Below are positions 1 through 10,900 of a stretch of 64,000 bases of DNA, piece after piece. The DNA is taken from contig OX337228.1 in the NCBI GenBank assembly GCA_946965045.2, positions 3,100,001 through 3,164,000 of the forward strand. The letters run 5' to 3'. A program made the translations under genes and the position numbers. Every line of letters starts with the position of its first letter. Position 1 is the stretch's first letter. The notes under the pieces were generated by a model. That model did no database searches, was not told the origin of the DNA, and was given only the letters and a program-made list of their open reading frames with translations. Source of the DNA: Epithemia pelagica. Lineage: Eukaryota > Protista > Bacillariophyta.

Positions 1-348
1 CTTGGGATACTTAGACCGTTGGATCGGATAGATGCCGATAGCGCTCGGATGTTGCTTGGGCGCGCTCGATGATTTCGGGCGCGTACGCTTAGGGCGTTAG
101 TATAATGTCCGAGCAACGGCCAAATTTATGTCCGTTGTAATACCGCACGACCCAGTTTAGTCTTGAGAGTGAGTTCGTCAATCTATTCTCACTTTTCATG
201 ATTTGCGAAGAAATATAGGTCGATATAGCGCGAAGCTAGGGAACATAGCTCGAAGCTAGAGGGCATGATGCGATAGCACGTGGCTATGTGACATGGGGAA
301 TCGATGAGATGTAGAATCTAACCACCATAGACGGTGAGAATTCTAACA
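1..348 (-). repeat. 3' LTR (partial, continues left of window)
   Basis: Matches 7602-7949 base for base and ends ...GAGAATTCTAACA (TGTTAG on minus). Confidence 0.97.
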
Positions 349-3300
349 CTCCCCACAACTCGTCGTTTCAGCCTTGTCATCATTGGATTTGTTGAGATCT
401 TGAACTTCTCCTTTCCAAAACAACAATGGCTTGAGCATGGGCCAAATAGATACGAAATCCCAATGTTTGCTAAGGATATCGGCAGGGTTGGTCTTTCCAT
501 CTTTCCAGTAGAATGCAACATACTTTGCTGCGATGGCTTCACGAACTCGGTGGTATGACAGAAGATGGTGTCTCTTGGATAGTATGGAGTGAGGAACGGT
601 TGCATTGAGCACAACAGATCTGTTATCTCCGTACAAGTAACTTCGCTCTCGGATAGGTACTCCAAGGTAGCGGAGAGAATGTCGTAATTCTGTAATCTGA
701 TCTATTGCTGTCCTTGCAGCCACAAACTCGGATCCATAGGTAGCAGTTTCCACCGTGCTCTGTCTCTTGCTGTACCAGTCAATAGGTGTTCCGTTCAACA
801 AATGTAGAACAGCAGTGACGGATTTACCAGTGACTATGTCATGCATGAGATTGGCATCAACATAATGAGTTGTGGTAACATAGCGGCCAAGAGGTGTTGG
901 GCAGTCTTCAGGAATACGTTCACTTGCATTCGAATAGACAGTGCGAGTCCAATCAAATTCTTGGGTAGGAAGACTTGAATAATCAGGCTCTCCAATCCTA
1001 AATCTGATTGCGCCTTCTGGGAGATGTGCAAGGTATCCATAGATACGCTTGGCTCTATCAAGATGTCCTTTCCTCGGAGCAGCACGAAAGCGTGATAGCG
1101 TCATTGTAGCGGTGAAGACGTCGAAACGACCAATAGTGATCACCCATTGGAGTTGTCCAATCAGAGTTTGGAAATGGCTAGTACCTTCTTCATCAAGGAG
1201 CTCAGAATCATCCAATTCAGGATGGTCTCCACCAATAAGAGGTGTTTTGGCTTTCTTGGGTTTCTCCTTGAAGATTCGTTCGAAAGTGTCCATCATCTTA
1301 CCAATGTAGCGTCTTGGATCTGCTACGAATGTTCCATCAGAATCCTTGGTGTAACAACATCCCAAATGGAAATCAATAGGTCCATCTCCTTTGAGTTTGA
1401 AGTTGTATTTCTCCTTCAGGATCTTGCAGATATTCCCAGGATCAGTAGAAATAATGGCTAAGTCATCAACGTATACGGCAATGTATTCGTAACAGTCTTC
1501 TCCAGGTGCTTTCCTCATCCAGATATCCGGATCTGCTTTGCTTGGTGAAAATCCCATGTCTGTCAAAACATCGAATAAGACATCATGCCAGCGTGCGCCT
1601 GATGACTTCAATCCATAAAGTGCCTTGTATATAATCAGGATGTGACCTTCTAATTCCTTGAATTCAGGTCCTGCGACAATGAAAATTTTCTCCCCTGTCA
1701 AGGCTTCCAGATATGCATTTCCAATATCTGCTCCCCATATTTCCAAGTCATTCAAAGTACCCAGGAATAAGGCAATGCGGAGGTTGCGAATGGAAACAAC
1801 ACCTGAATAGATTGTCTCAACAGGTTCTTTTGTGAGATGTCCATCTGCGACAAGTCTTGCTTTATGTCGTCCATCATGTTTTACGTCAAAGACAAGATGC
1901 ACACGTATCTTATGATATCCTTCAGGTGCATTGGATACTTTCCCTTTAATGAAGATGGCTTTCCCAAAATCCTTGAATGTCTTGTAGGACTGGATCTGTG
2001 ACAATTCTAATTCTGTTGCATCCTGCCACTTTGTGTTGCCATGTTGTTTATCAAGAGCAACAGCTTCCTCATAATTGCGTGGTACTTGAAATCCAAACTT
2101 ATACTTGACGGAATGGTGAACTTGTTTAATCCTTGACTGTTTGGCTGCTCGAATGAGACGTTTGCTTGTTTTGACATAACGTTTCAAATGCTTCCATCCA
2201 GGTTCGTTGAGTAAACCATGTTTCTTTCCATAAATTGCTACAGTGATCGGATCATCATTGGCGATGAGTGATAAAGGTTCATAGGTAGTCTCCCCAGTTT
2301 CCCAATCAACAAGCAAATTATATTTGCTCCCCTTGTAATCTGGATCAGTTGTGTTCAGTGGGCCTTGATGGGCAATGACATCCCTGAACCTGAAAAGATT
2401 ATCTCCAGAGGTTTGAGCTTGGTTATCTCGTTCGATATACTCCATGAGTTGATTATAGGATATCATCTCATCAACATCAGAATTTGTCTTTCGGTAAATG
2501 TACTTGACACGTTCTTCCTGTTTCGTTGCTTCTTCATTAAGATCAATGACTCGTTTGATGACACGTGCACGGTGTCGCTCCCCATTTTCTTCTGTGTCGC
2601 ATAGGAATGTGCGTCCTATCATGTCGTCAAAATCGATCGTGGGCATTGGTTTGGATGGATCTTCACTATCACTGCGAATGAAGACAGTGTCAGCTTGCTT
2701 ATCATTGTCATCCTTCTCAGACGAATCCTCCCCTGAAGGTCGATCCACACGTAGGTTAGGTGTAGTGGATTCAACGCGGCGAACGGCAGAACGATAGATT
2801 ATCTGGTTATCCTGGGTGAGAATTTTCCAAGTAAAAGAATCACCAACGTTGTGAGCAAAACCAACCCAGTGGCCAAGTTTCTCATCAGAAGAAGATGGAT
2901 ATGAACCGGAATTGGGTTCAGCGGGGTCGACACGGTAGTAAACCTCATCCCAGAAAGGAAAGAACAAGAGATGAGTAATGTCGGGTGGGCGACCGCAGAG
3001 AGCCTCAAGAGGAGTGCGACCGGAGTGGGTGGGTGATGACGTATGGTTCAATAAGTCACAGACATACTCAAGGCAAAGAAGCCAGGTGTTGGCAGGGCAA
3101 CCAGTGGCATTCATGAGAGCGTTGGTCATACGTTTAACGGTCTGATAACGGTTTTCAGCCTTATTCTGGTGTTGATGATAAGGTTCAGATCGATAATCCG
3201 CAATAAGCAAAGTGCGAAGAATGTCTTTGACCTTTTGAGAGATGAGAGATGAACCACCATCACTGATAAGGGTCTCCATGGCACCACGAAACCGGATGTT

Positions 3301-6030
3301 ATCCTGGAGAGTATTGACAAACTGTTTGGTCGACTTGATCCCATAGATATCAGTAACCAGAGTATCTCGACCAACAAAGATTTGTGCGACTTTACCGCCA
3401 TGGTCAACAGCAGGGGTGTCGGAGAAAACCGAGTCAGTAGCAACGGGTTCATGACGTCGAGGTATATTAAGGACCGGATTGCGAGCCTTGAAATGTTTCT
3501 TGAGGGTGTCGTGGTCAAAAGTAATGCTACCATTACGTGTAGTGTGCTTGAACGTATCGGCAATAACATCTTCAGATTGCCAACCAAAGAATGGACGGAA
3601 CTTCTTCCAGTCATACGCTTCCTGGTAACGACGGTGGACAGAGGCATGAAGTGTAGGATCATTACCTTCTGCGTCAGCATAGATAGAAAAGAAGGGTGCG
3701 TCGTCAGGTCCATGATCATATGGGAGATCCAAAAGGAGATTGAGGTTACAAACAACACGATCAGTGTACTCCCCATAGTTGTCATATGGATGGTTCGACA
3801 TACTACCATCAGTCTTGACGTGTTTCCAATCAGGATCATTGTCAGAGGGTGTGGGAGAATACGAATGGTCCAGAACACCAGGATCCCATGTGTCGGGTGA
3901 CGTGAAGATGATCTGAGGTAAGGTATCCATGTCATCGTCGCTGGGGATACCCAAGGAGTGGATGTAGGCTAACCCATCCTTGATGTGAAGGGGTATGGCA
4001 CGACCATCAAGTGTAGTGATGCGTTGTTTACCATCAACTTTAACAGATCGTTCATCAACAGCAAGTCCGAAATGCTCGAATTGACCAGGAGCATGGATAG
4101 ATAAGCCCTTCCCATAATAAGCATATTCATTGAAGATGCCGACAATAGGTCCATCATTGGTCTCAAACTTTGCGGCACATGTGACGACAGGAAGCCCAGT
4201 AAGTTCATGGTTATCAATACCCACAATAGTGATATGACGGCCAGTCTTAGAAAGGATGCACATGTCAGAACCAGCAAGTCCTCCATTAGCACCACGGTCA
4301 ATCAATTGATTCCCTGGTAAAGTAGATTTCCTGGAAAACAGATAGCGTGGGACATGTCCTGCTTGTTTATGCATGTTGGCTTTGAAAGTAACCTTCTTGC
4401 TTGTCTTGGACTTGGCGTTAGAAAGAACACTAGTCAGGTCAGTTGCCGGGTGATTGATATCAGTCGTCATGGCTTGGTTGATAAATTGTGTAACCGGATC
4501 TGAATCATCTGAATGCTCAGGGACTACGCCAGGTGAGTCGTCATCAGATGCAACTTGGTTGGGATCAGGATCAGGTTCCGGATCAATGTCGAGGGCATGT
4601 GTTTGCACTGTCCTCGGTGTTGTTGATGAAGGTGCTTGAATCATCTTGTTATACTCAATGATCAACTTGCGATCTTCTTCAGAAAGTTTGAACCATAGGT
4701 CACGCGGTAGACTAACCTTGGACGAAGAGGATGGAGATTCAGATGTCGCTTTGGTGTTGTGGACATGATACTCCATATCATCTTGTGAGGTTATGTCAGC
4801 ATCTGTATCTTGGCCATATAGTGATTCATGTTGTTTGACATGTCGACGGCGACTATGAACAGATGACTGGGTTGCTTGATCATGGTCATAAGCTGCGTCT
4901 AGAAGGAGACGGAAGTATGATTGATAGCAAAGGGATTTTGCACCGGATTTGGTGTTCACCACATTATCCAAGATCTTGACTCGGCGGAGATCAGGTACCT
5001 TTTCTACAGCTTGCATGAGGAAGGTCATCCTGGTATGATCAGGGATGCGATCAGACAATGTCACTAAATTGTCTAGCAAACGTAGCTGCTCTTGAAAGTG
5101 TAGAAGAAATTGACGTGTTGTTCCGCGCCATGTGTCGTCAAGACGTAGATTGGAAATGTAGTTGGTTAAGCGGAGGACTTCTCGCTTTGCTAGGTCGGAT
5201 TCGGTATGTAAAGAGTGTAACTTCTGCAATACGGCACGCGCATCTTCATCATGTTCATGTTCACGTACATAGGCTCGACCTTGGTCAGTCTGAATGATAC
5301 GGACAAGAACGGAGTAAAGAAATACTTGTTGCTCTTGAAAAAGTTCTTCGGCATACTCATCATCATGGGGTGGTGTGTATTTGAAATTCAGAACGTTGGA
5401 TAGGCCTTGAGCCTTAGCTGTAGTCTTGAATACACGCCAGAATGAATCGTAGTATCGTTCATCCTTGAATAGCTCATATGCAGTTGCGTCGCGCTTAGTT
5501 CCCTTTCTGAATGCTGTAAGGTCTTGTTGAGATTGGGATGCGGCAGTAACTGTGCTGACAGATTTCACAGATGACGGTGACTTCATTGGCGAGACTGGGA
5601 CTTGGCTAGGTGGTCCCTTAGAGAAATCTGTGTTGATCCTCCAAGTGTTGAACTCTTTCCTCGTTAGGTTCATCCAGTCGCTATTGGATAGCTCGTCTTG
5701 AATTTCATTGGTCTTGTATGTGGCCCAATAAGCCAAGAGCTTGATCTGCTGTCTTGTGGGGCCTTGTAGATCATGTGTCTGTTTGTTGACCTTGTATTGT
5801 GTCAGTTCCTTCATGGATTCCTCGGTATTAGTTTGCATATACGAGATAACATGGGTAATGTTCTCAAAACCATGGTATTTCATCCACTTCATTAAGTAGT
5901 CAGCCCTTTCTTTGGTAAAAAATTGGCAGACAGTAAATATGATGTGATCGAATAGGTCTGTGTCCGAGACATTGTCTTGGTTATCTTCTCCCTTAGGAGT
6001 CGTAGGTGTCTTGGGTGATTGAGGATCCAT
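343..6030 (-). CDS. Gag-Pol polyprotein, 1895 aa (gag, aspartic protease, integrase, RT, RNase H)
   Basis: Protease LIDRGANGG; integrase D..D..E (VATDSVF, ISDGG, QNKAE); RT HKARLVADGH, ALYGLKSSG, YVDDL; RNase H YVDAN, SEFVA, GDNRSV, NPADILSK. No stops. Confidence 0.97.
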   Translation of the reverse strand: MDPQSPKTPTTPKGEDNQDNVSDTDLFDHIIFTVCQFFTKERADYLMKWMKYHGFENITHVISYMQTNTEESMKELTQYKVNKQTHDLQGPTRQQIKLLAYWATYKTNEIQDELSNSDWMNLTRKEFNTWRINTDFSKGPPSQVPVSPMKSPSSVKSVSTVTAASQSQQDLTAFRKGTKRDATAYELFKDERYYDSFWRVFKTTAKAQGLSNVLNFKYTPPHDDEYAEELFQEQQVFLYSVLVRIIQTDQGRAYVREHEHDEDARAVLQKLHSLHTESDLAKREVLRLTNYISNLRLDDTWRGTTRQFLLHFQEQLRLLDNLVTLSDRIPDHTRMTFLMQAVEKVPDLRRVKILDNVVNTKSGAKSLCYQSYFRLLLDAAYDHDQATQSSVHSRRRHVKQHESLYGQDTDADITSQDDMEYHVHNTKATSESPSSSSKVSLPRDLWFKLSEEDRKLIIEYNKMIQAPSSTTPRTVQTHALDIDPEPDPDPNQVASDDDSPGVVPEHSDDSDPVTQFINQAMTTDINHPATDLTSVLSNAKSKTSKKVTFKANMHKQAGHVPRYLFSRKSTLPGNQLIDRGANGGLAGSDMCILSKTGRHITIVGIDNHELTGLPVVTCAAKFETNDGPIVGIFNEYAYYGKGLSIHAPGQFEHFGLAVDERSVKVDGKQRITTLDGRAIPLHIKDGLAYIHSLGIPSDDDMDTLPQIIFTSPDTWDPGVLDHSYSPTPSDNDPDWKHVKTDGSMSNHPYDNYGEYTDRVVCNLNLLLDLPYDHGPDDAPFFSIYADAEGNDPTLHASVHRRYQEAYDWKKFRPFFGWQSEDVIADTFKHTTRNGSITFDHDTLKKHFKARNPVLNIPRRHEPVATDSVFSDTPAVDHGGKVAQIFVGRDTLVTDIYGIKSTKQFVNTLQDNIRFRGAMETLISDGGSSLISQKVKDILRTLLIADYRSEPYHQHQNKAENRYQTVKRMTNALMNATGCPANTWLLCLEYVCDLLNHTSSPTHSGRTPLEALCGRPPDITHLLFFPFWDEVYYRVDPAEPNSGSYPSSSDEKLGHWVGFAHNVGDSFTWKILTQDNQIIYRSAVRRVESTTPNLRVDRPSGEDSSEKDDNDKQADTVFIRSDSEDPSKPMPTIDFDDMIGRTFLCDTEENGERHRARVIKRVIDLNEEATKQEERVKYIYRKTNSDVDEMISYNQLMEYIERDNQAQTSGDNLFRFRDVIAHQGPLNTTDPDYKGSKYNLLVDWETGETTYEPLSLIANDDPITVAIYGKKHGLLNEPGWKHLKRYVKTSKRLIRAAKQSRIKQVHHSVKYKFGFQVPRNYEEAVALDKQHGNTKWQDATELELSQIQSYKTFKDFGKAIFIKGKVSNAPEGYHKIRVHLVFDVKHDGRHKARLVADGHLTKEPVETIYSGVVSIRNLRIALFLGTLNDLEIWGADIGNAYLEALTGEKIFIVAGPEFKELEGHILIIYKALYGLKSSGARWHDVLFDVLTDMGFSPSKADPDIWMRKAPGEDCYEYIAVYVDDLAIISTDPGNICKILKEKYNFKLKGDGPIDFHLGCCYTKDSDGTFVADPRRYIGKMMDTFERIFKEKPKKAKTPLIGGDHPELDDSELLDEEGTSHFQTLIGQLQWVITIGRFDVFTATMTLSRFRAAPRKGHLDRAKRIYGYLAHLPEGAIRFRIGEPDYSSLPTQEFDWTRTVYSNASERIPEDCPTPLGRYVTTTHYVDANLMHDIVTGKSVTAVLHLLNGTPIDWYSKRQSTVETATYGSEFVAARTAIDQITELRHSLRYLGVPIRERSYLYGDNRSVVLNATVPHSILSKRHHLLSYHRVREAIAAKYVAFYWKDGKTNPADILSKHWDFVSIWPMLKPLLFWKGEVQDLNKSNDDKAETTSCGEC
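349..356 (-). other. Polypurine tract (GTGGGGAG on minus) abutting the 3' LTR
   Basis: Purine run immediately before TGTTAG in element orientation. Confidence 0.7.
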
Positions 6031-6105
6031 GGTGTTATTTGGTTGGTTCGATGTTTATTTATTGTGCGGTGTGATGTGGTTTATTTAATGTGTGATGTGA
6101 TGTGA

Positions 6106-6294
6106 ACCCGGATGTACCACGTGTGCCACGTATGTACCACGTATGTAATACCCGGATGTGTGTTGTGATGTGCGACTCCTGGAAATTTCCGTTGATTTCG
6201 ACAAATTTTCGCCGAGTTTCAACAAATTTTCGCCGAATTTTCGCGATTTGACGGGAATGTGTGGCGTGTTGTGCGACCAAGGATACCCGGATGT
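6106..6294. repeat. Short repeats in the spacer between ORF-X and gag
   Basis: ACCCGGATGT at 6106, 6150 and 6285; ATGTACCACGT at 6112 and 6132; 21-bp near-tandem TTTC(G/A)ACAAATTTTCGCCGA(G/A) at 6196-6237. Confidence 0.85.
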
Positions 6295-6350
6295 GCGTTG
6301 AGTTTAAGTCTTGGAAAGGTTTTGAGAGGACGGGAGTTAACTATGAGTAA

Positions 6351-7130
6351 TTAAGCTTCGGTCTCTGAATCCTCACCCTCTTCCGAATGATCAGAGTCGC
6401 TTCCAGGCTCAGATGGGGCAGCACAAGCAACAGAAGAAGGGGTATCACCTTCAGCCAGGTGGTTCTCGACCTCGGTACGCAAAGGGTAGATAGTTGCACG
6501 ATGGTCCTCGATGGTATGGACCTCGTGTATGTAGGCAACGTAGTTATCTAGGCGTACAACGTTAGGAGGCAGAGGGCAAGTCGTCGCGTTCACGACGTGG
6601 ATGGTATTGTAGTATCCAGTTGGGCGCTCGAAGGTTAGGAAGCGGAGGTGGACAGTACGGATGGGGTTGCCCGAGAGGGCGGCAAAGATGAGGCGACGCC
6701 TCGGAGAACGATGAAGTTGGTCGTTCAGACGGTCAATGTCTTCTTGATCGACGATGTGGGTCACCGATTGGAACTGGCGTTCGATCTGGGTCTCCCCACG
6801 GATGATCTCGGGATCGAAGGTCGAACAAGTTGGTTGGCGGAAGTACTTGATATGATCAGCAATCAACCGGGTGGTACGACGGGATCGAGAAGGGGCGAGC
6901 CGACGAGGCGGACTCGGGGGCCGAAGCAACGGCGCAGGGATTGGAGCGTGAGGCTGGGTTGGAGTCTCGAATGGGTTGCTGTTGGAACTGTCGACGGAGA
7001 TGTTGACCGATGTGTTGGCTGCCTTCGGCGTCGGCACCAGTTCCTGCTGCACCAGGGTATCGGGCTGCCCGGGATGCAGGTTGGCTCGATAGATCTGTCG
7101 TACAGGAGTGATAATCTCGTTAGTATCCAT
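6351..7130 (-). CDS. Extra ORF ('ORF-X', 259 aa) of the copia element, upstream of and co-oriented with gag-pol; function unknown
   Basis: ATG-initiated open frame filling nearly all the space between the 5' LTR and the gag leader; Pro-rich N-half, globular-looking middle, acidic tail. Confidence 0.75.
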   Translation of the reverse strand: MDTNEIITPVRQIYRANLHPGQPDTLVQQELVPTPKAANTSVNISVDSSNSNPFETPTQPHAPIPAPLLRPPSPPRRLAPSRSRRTTRLIADHIKYFRQPTCSTFDPEIIRGETQIERQFQSVTHIVDQEDIDRLNDQLHRSPRRRLIFAALSGNPIRTVHLRFLTFERPTGYYNTIHVVNATTCPLPPNVVRLDNYVAYIHEVHTIEDHRATIYPLRTEVENHLAEGDTPSSVACAAPSEPGSDSDHSEEGEDSETEA

Positions 7131-7158
7131 GAAACCACAAGGAAATAAGCTTTGAGAC

Positions 7159-7949
7159 TGTTAATCTGTTACAATTCTTTCTGAATCGTAGGGACATTGA
7201 TGCTCGGTAGAGCAGACAATCAGGTAGGTCACCAACCGATACAAGCTTCTCAGGGTCAGAGAAGCAAGCAAGTCGAAGTCTATCAGAAGGATAGTCGGGA
7301 CACAAAAGAGGATGTGATAAATGGTGATATTGTTAGATTGTGTGTTGATTACTACGATAGGTCTACGTGAAATGTTCGGTCCTGCCAAGGGTCATGTGTC
7401 ATAGGTTCTTGGCGGCAACAGGTTTGGAATAGTTGGAGTTGATTCATGTGATGTATATGACATGTATATGTGGGCGGATAACATATACAGGGTCAACAGC
7501 TCTTGCTTTGGGTTGGCATAGTTGTTTTCATGGCGCGCAGCTTGTTGACAATTTGGAGATTGTGGGAATGGAAATATGGTCTCGCGTGATCGTGTGTCGT
7601 GCTTGGGATACTTAGACCGTTGGATCGGATAGATGCCGATAGCGCTCGGATGTTGCTTGGGCGCGCTCGATGATTTCGGGCGCGTACGCTTAGGGCGTTA
7701 GTATAATGTCCGAGCAACGGCCAAATTTATGTCCGTTGTAATACCGCACGACCCAGTTTAGTCTTGAGAGTGAGTTCGTCAATCTATTCTCACTTTTCAT
7801 GATTTGCGAAGAAATATAGGTCGATATAGCGCGAAGCTAGGGAACATAGCTCGAAGCTAGAGGGCATGATGCGATAGCACGTGGCTATGTGACATGGGGA
7901 ATCGATGAGATGTAGAATCTAACCACCATAGACGGTGAGAATTCTAACA
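7159..7949 (-). repeat. 5' LTR, about 791 bp (inner boundary 7159, alternatively 7167)
   Basis: TGTTAG...TTAACA terminal inverted motif in element orientation; 7602-7949 duplicated at 1-348. Confidence 0.9.
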
Positions 7950-10900
7950 GCCTTCCAATTCGTCATCGGCTGCCTTGTCCACTCCCTCGACACCGTCGTC
8001 TTCCTCCTCATCATTGTCATGTTCCTCCTCTTCATCGGTGTCCTCCGATGCATCTTTCTCCACCTCGTTTTGTTCGTCGTCATCGTTGGCATCCACTTCG
8101 TTGCTATCGAACTCTTCATCCGACTTGGCCGCGTCGTTCTCATCACATTCCATTGGTTGTTCCTGTTTTTTGCCTTTATGCTTGTCTTTTTTGCGTTTCG
8201 TCTCTTTCTCAAGAATCTGCGGCGACTGCCTGATTCCAAGTAGAGTTGTTTGTGATAGTTTTTTTGCCTTCTTTCTGGGCGGTGTAGATGGATTGTTATT
8301 GGAATTCCCTTTCCTTTTTTTGACCCCGTGTCAGGTGCATGCGCAACAGCTTTCTTTGATGAGATGGAGGCTTTCGGAGACGGGGTGCCTTTGCTCTTTG
8401 AATTTTCACCTGCTGGTACGACCTTTACTACTTTGACTTCGTCGTCATCGTTGACAGTACCTTTGGGTGCTTTGTTAATCGGATCATCATCGGGAATACA
8501 GACTATCTTTTCGAAACATAGTTCATCATCTGGGACGGCTTCGTCCCAGAGTTCACTATCTAACACGTGGTCAATAACCGCATCACTTTCTTCGTCCGGT
8601 TCTTTTGGTGGTGGTGGTATTGAATCGTCGTCCGAAGAATCTTCATAATCGTCTTTGATGTTGGTGAAGACAAAGCGATTATATTTCAATGGACTGGTCT
8701 TCTCGCCATAAGTTGGCCATCCATAGCGCTTACCAGTCTTGTCCTGTCCAGTCTTGTCCTGTCCAATCTCCGCTTGATCGTCCGGTATAGGAGGCACCAC
8801 ACCAGCAACCTTCGGCACTTCCTCTGGTGGTGGTACCGGTATGTCGTTACCGGACGGACTGTTGTCATCATCATTGTCATTCAATGCGGTTGGTTTTTTA
8901 GTCACTTTGGCTGATTGCACGGGAAAAAACGTACTACCGATGTCAGGATCATCCAGAACGCTTGTATCCACTTTCCAGGATAGCTTGTACTGTTGGAAAC
9001 CATTTGCAGCATCGAGGACTGCCGATTTCTGGAATTTCTTGCGTTGTTCACTCAAACTCAATCGTACAGCAGCTGTAATGGCAGTATCGTCCTTTCGAAT
9101 GATCCGTTTATCGTATGTTTTGCTGGTTCCATTGCCTTTCGCAATCTCCTCTTCATTTTCCTCTATGGTACGCAAGACTTGGCGGTTGATGTACTCCATC
9201 GTCCGCATCTCGCTGGTTTTTTTTGACATACTACCCATCAGCTTGTTCTGGAGCATCCAGCTCCCCATCGAAAAAATCCGTTCCTGAAATGCGTTAGTTG
9301 CCGGTTTCGCAAGCCAAATGACGGCAGACGGAAAAACATATTGCCAATTGCTTGAATGAACCCGCCACCATCCCATAAGATCAAAATATTGACCGACTTG
9401 CAAATAGTTCCGATTGTGGCAATGGCGGGAGAAAGCTCGCTTAGCAACGTCGGACCAGTCATCGTATTCGTCCGAGAACTTCTTGCTGGGGTATGCCTTG
9501 ATGACTTCCTCCCAGTGGTTGTCAATTTGATATTTCCAGTGGCGAATAAAATCATCGTACGAGTCGTTGCATGCCTTCTTCAATGCCTGTAGCACTTCTT
9601 TCTCCTCGGCTGCATTAGAGGCTTTGCCTGTTAGATGCAGCATCGCCTGATTTTTTAAGTCACTTGAACGCCGCATTCTTTCAAATACATCGATTGCCTT
9701 GTATTTCAAGGTTGCATTGTTGCTTTCGGTGTCCACAAAGTCGTTGTTGTCTTTCGGTTGGCCTGTCCCTGTCCGTTTGTTGGGTTTTGAACCTTTTGCT
9801 CCTTGGTTGGCCAATGAAGCACCGATAGGAGACACACTCCTGTTAGAATGTAGGTCAACCATGTCTTGCACAAAGATTCGACGGCCTTCCTTTACGGAGT
9901 CTTGATCGTAGACGCCAAAGTTAACAAACATATCTGCATAGACATTTGCGAGTAATGGATTCGCACAGACTGCTTTTAGTTGAAGAGGTAATGTCGATAT
10001 TCCTGTATGATGCGCCGTACGAGCAAGCGCGCCCCCGGTTCGAGATCCTTATGAGCAATAAGGTCTCTCTTACCATCGAGATCGTCCATCGTGAGACTAG
10101 CGTCCCAGAAATCTTCCGTGTCCGTACGTAGACGTCCAACACCACATTCTTCTCCTTCCATTCTCATTCGCTGGGCGTGGTAGAATGCTGTGTAGATTTC
10201 TAACAAGGACACCGAGTTGGATCCAGGATCATCTGTTTGCAGTTGCATTGAAACCCTTTTTATATTGGTGAGTATCCCCTCGTACTGCGCGAGTAGTTTC
10301 CATTTGTCCTCTGATGGATAGCGCTTTGCAAACTTGGGGTCGCTTTTTTGCGCAGTTTTAGCGTACAAATCCATCATCTTTTTGTTCCGGAGAAGGGCTT
10401 GTTTGGTCATGACGCATCCTCCAACTCGCGTGTCGTTTGGAAGGGGGATAGAGACAACATGAGCCTTGATTTTCATTGCGGCGTCTTTGAATCGTTTCCA
10501 GCGCGTAGGGGCTTTCTTCGAGGTGAACCAGGCCGCGAAGGTTCTGAAAACTTCCTAACATTTGCAGAAAGATGGATTGCTATCCATTAAGATATTGTTG
10601 TTGTATCGTTTAACAAGTCCGGTAGCATGCTTTAGGATAAGCTCTGCTTTGTGCATGTCGCACTTACCAGACTTGTCCGGATTCCCAATGATGTATTTTC
10701 CCGCCAAGACTGCGGCCGACGTGTTATCGTTTACGGCAGCGCATAGATCACCCGTTGTAAGACCAACACTCAGGAGTAGGTTGTCTGTAAGGTTGGCAAC
10801 GTTTGTTGCCGCATGGCCGTGACATTCCGCCAGACCAATTGGGATCTTGTAGACTTCACAGTTACGAGGATCAGTAAACATGATAGTTACACCGAGCACG

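Larger units (their letters stand above)
1..7949 (-). mobile_element. Ty1/copia LTR retrotransposon (diatom CoDi-like), intact; 3' LTR cut by the window edge
   Basis: Direct repeats 1-348 and 7602-7949 are identical by eye. LTR starts TGTTAG on the minus strand, a PPT precedes the 3' LTR, and a single gag-pol ORF has copia domain order PR-IN-RT-RH. Confidence 0.97.

Noticed and set aside
7161-7717. Small ORFs inside the LTR
   Set aside because: Under 80 aa with no motif; expected by chance.
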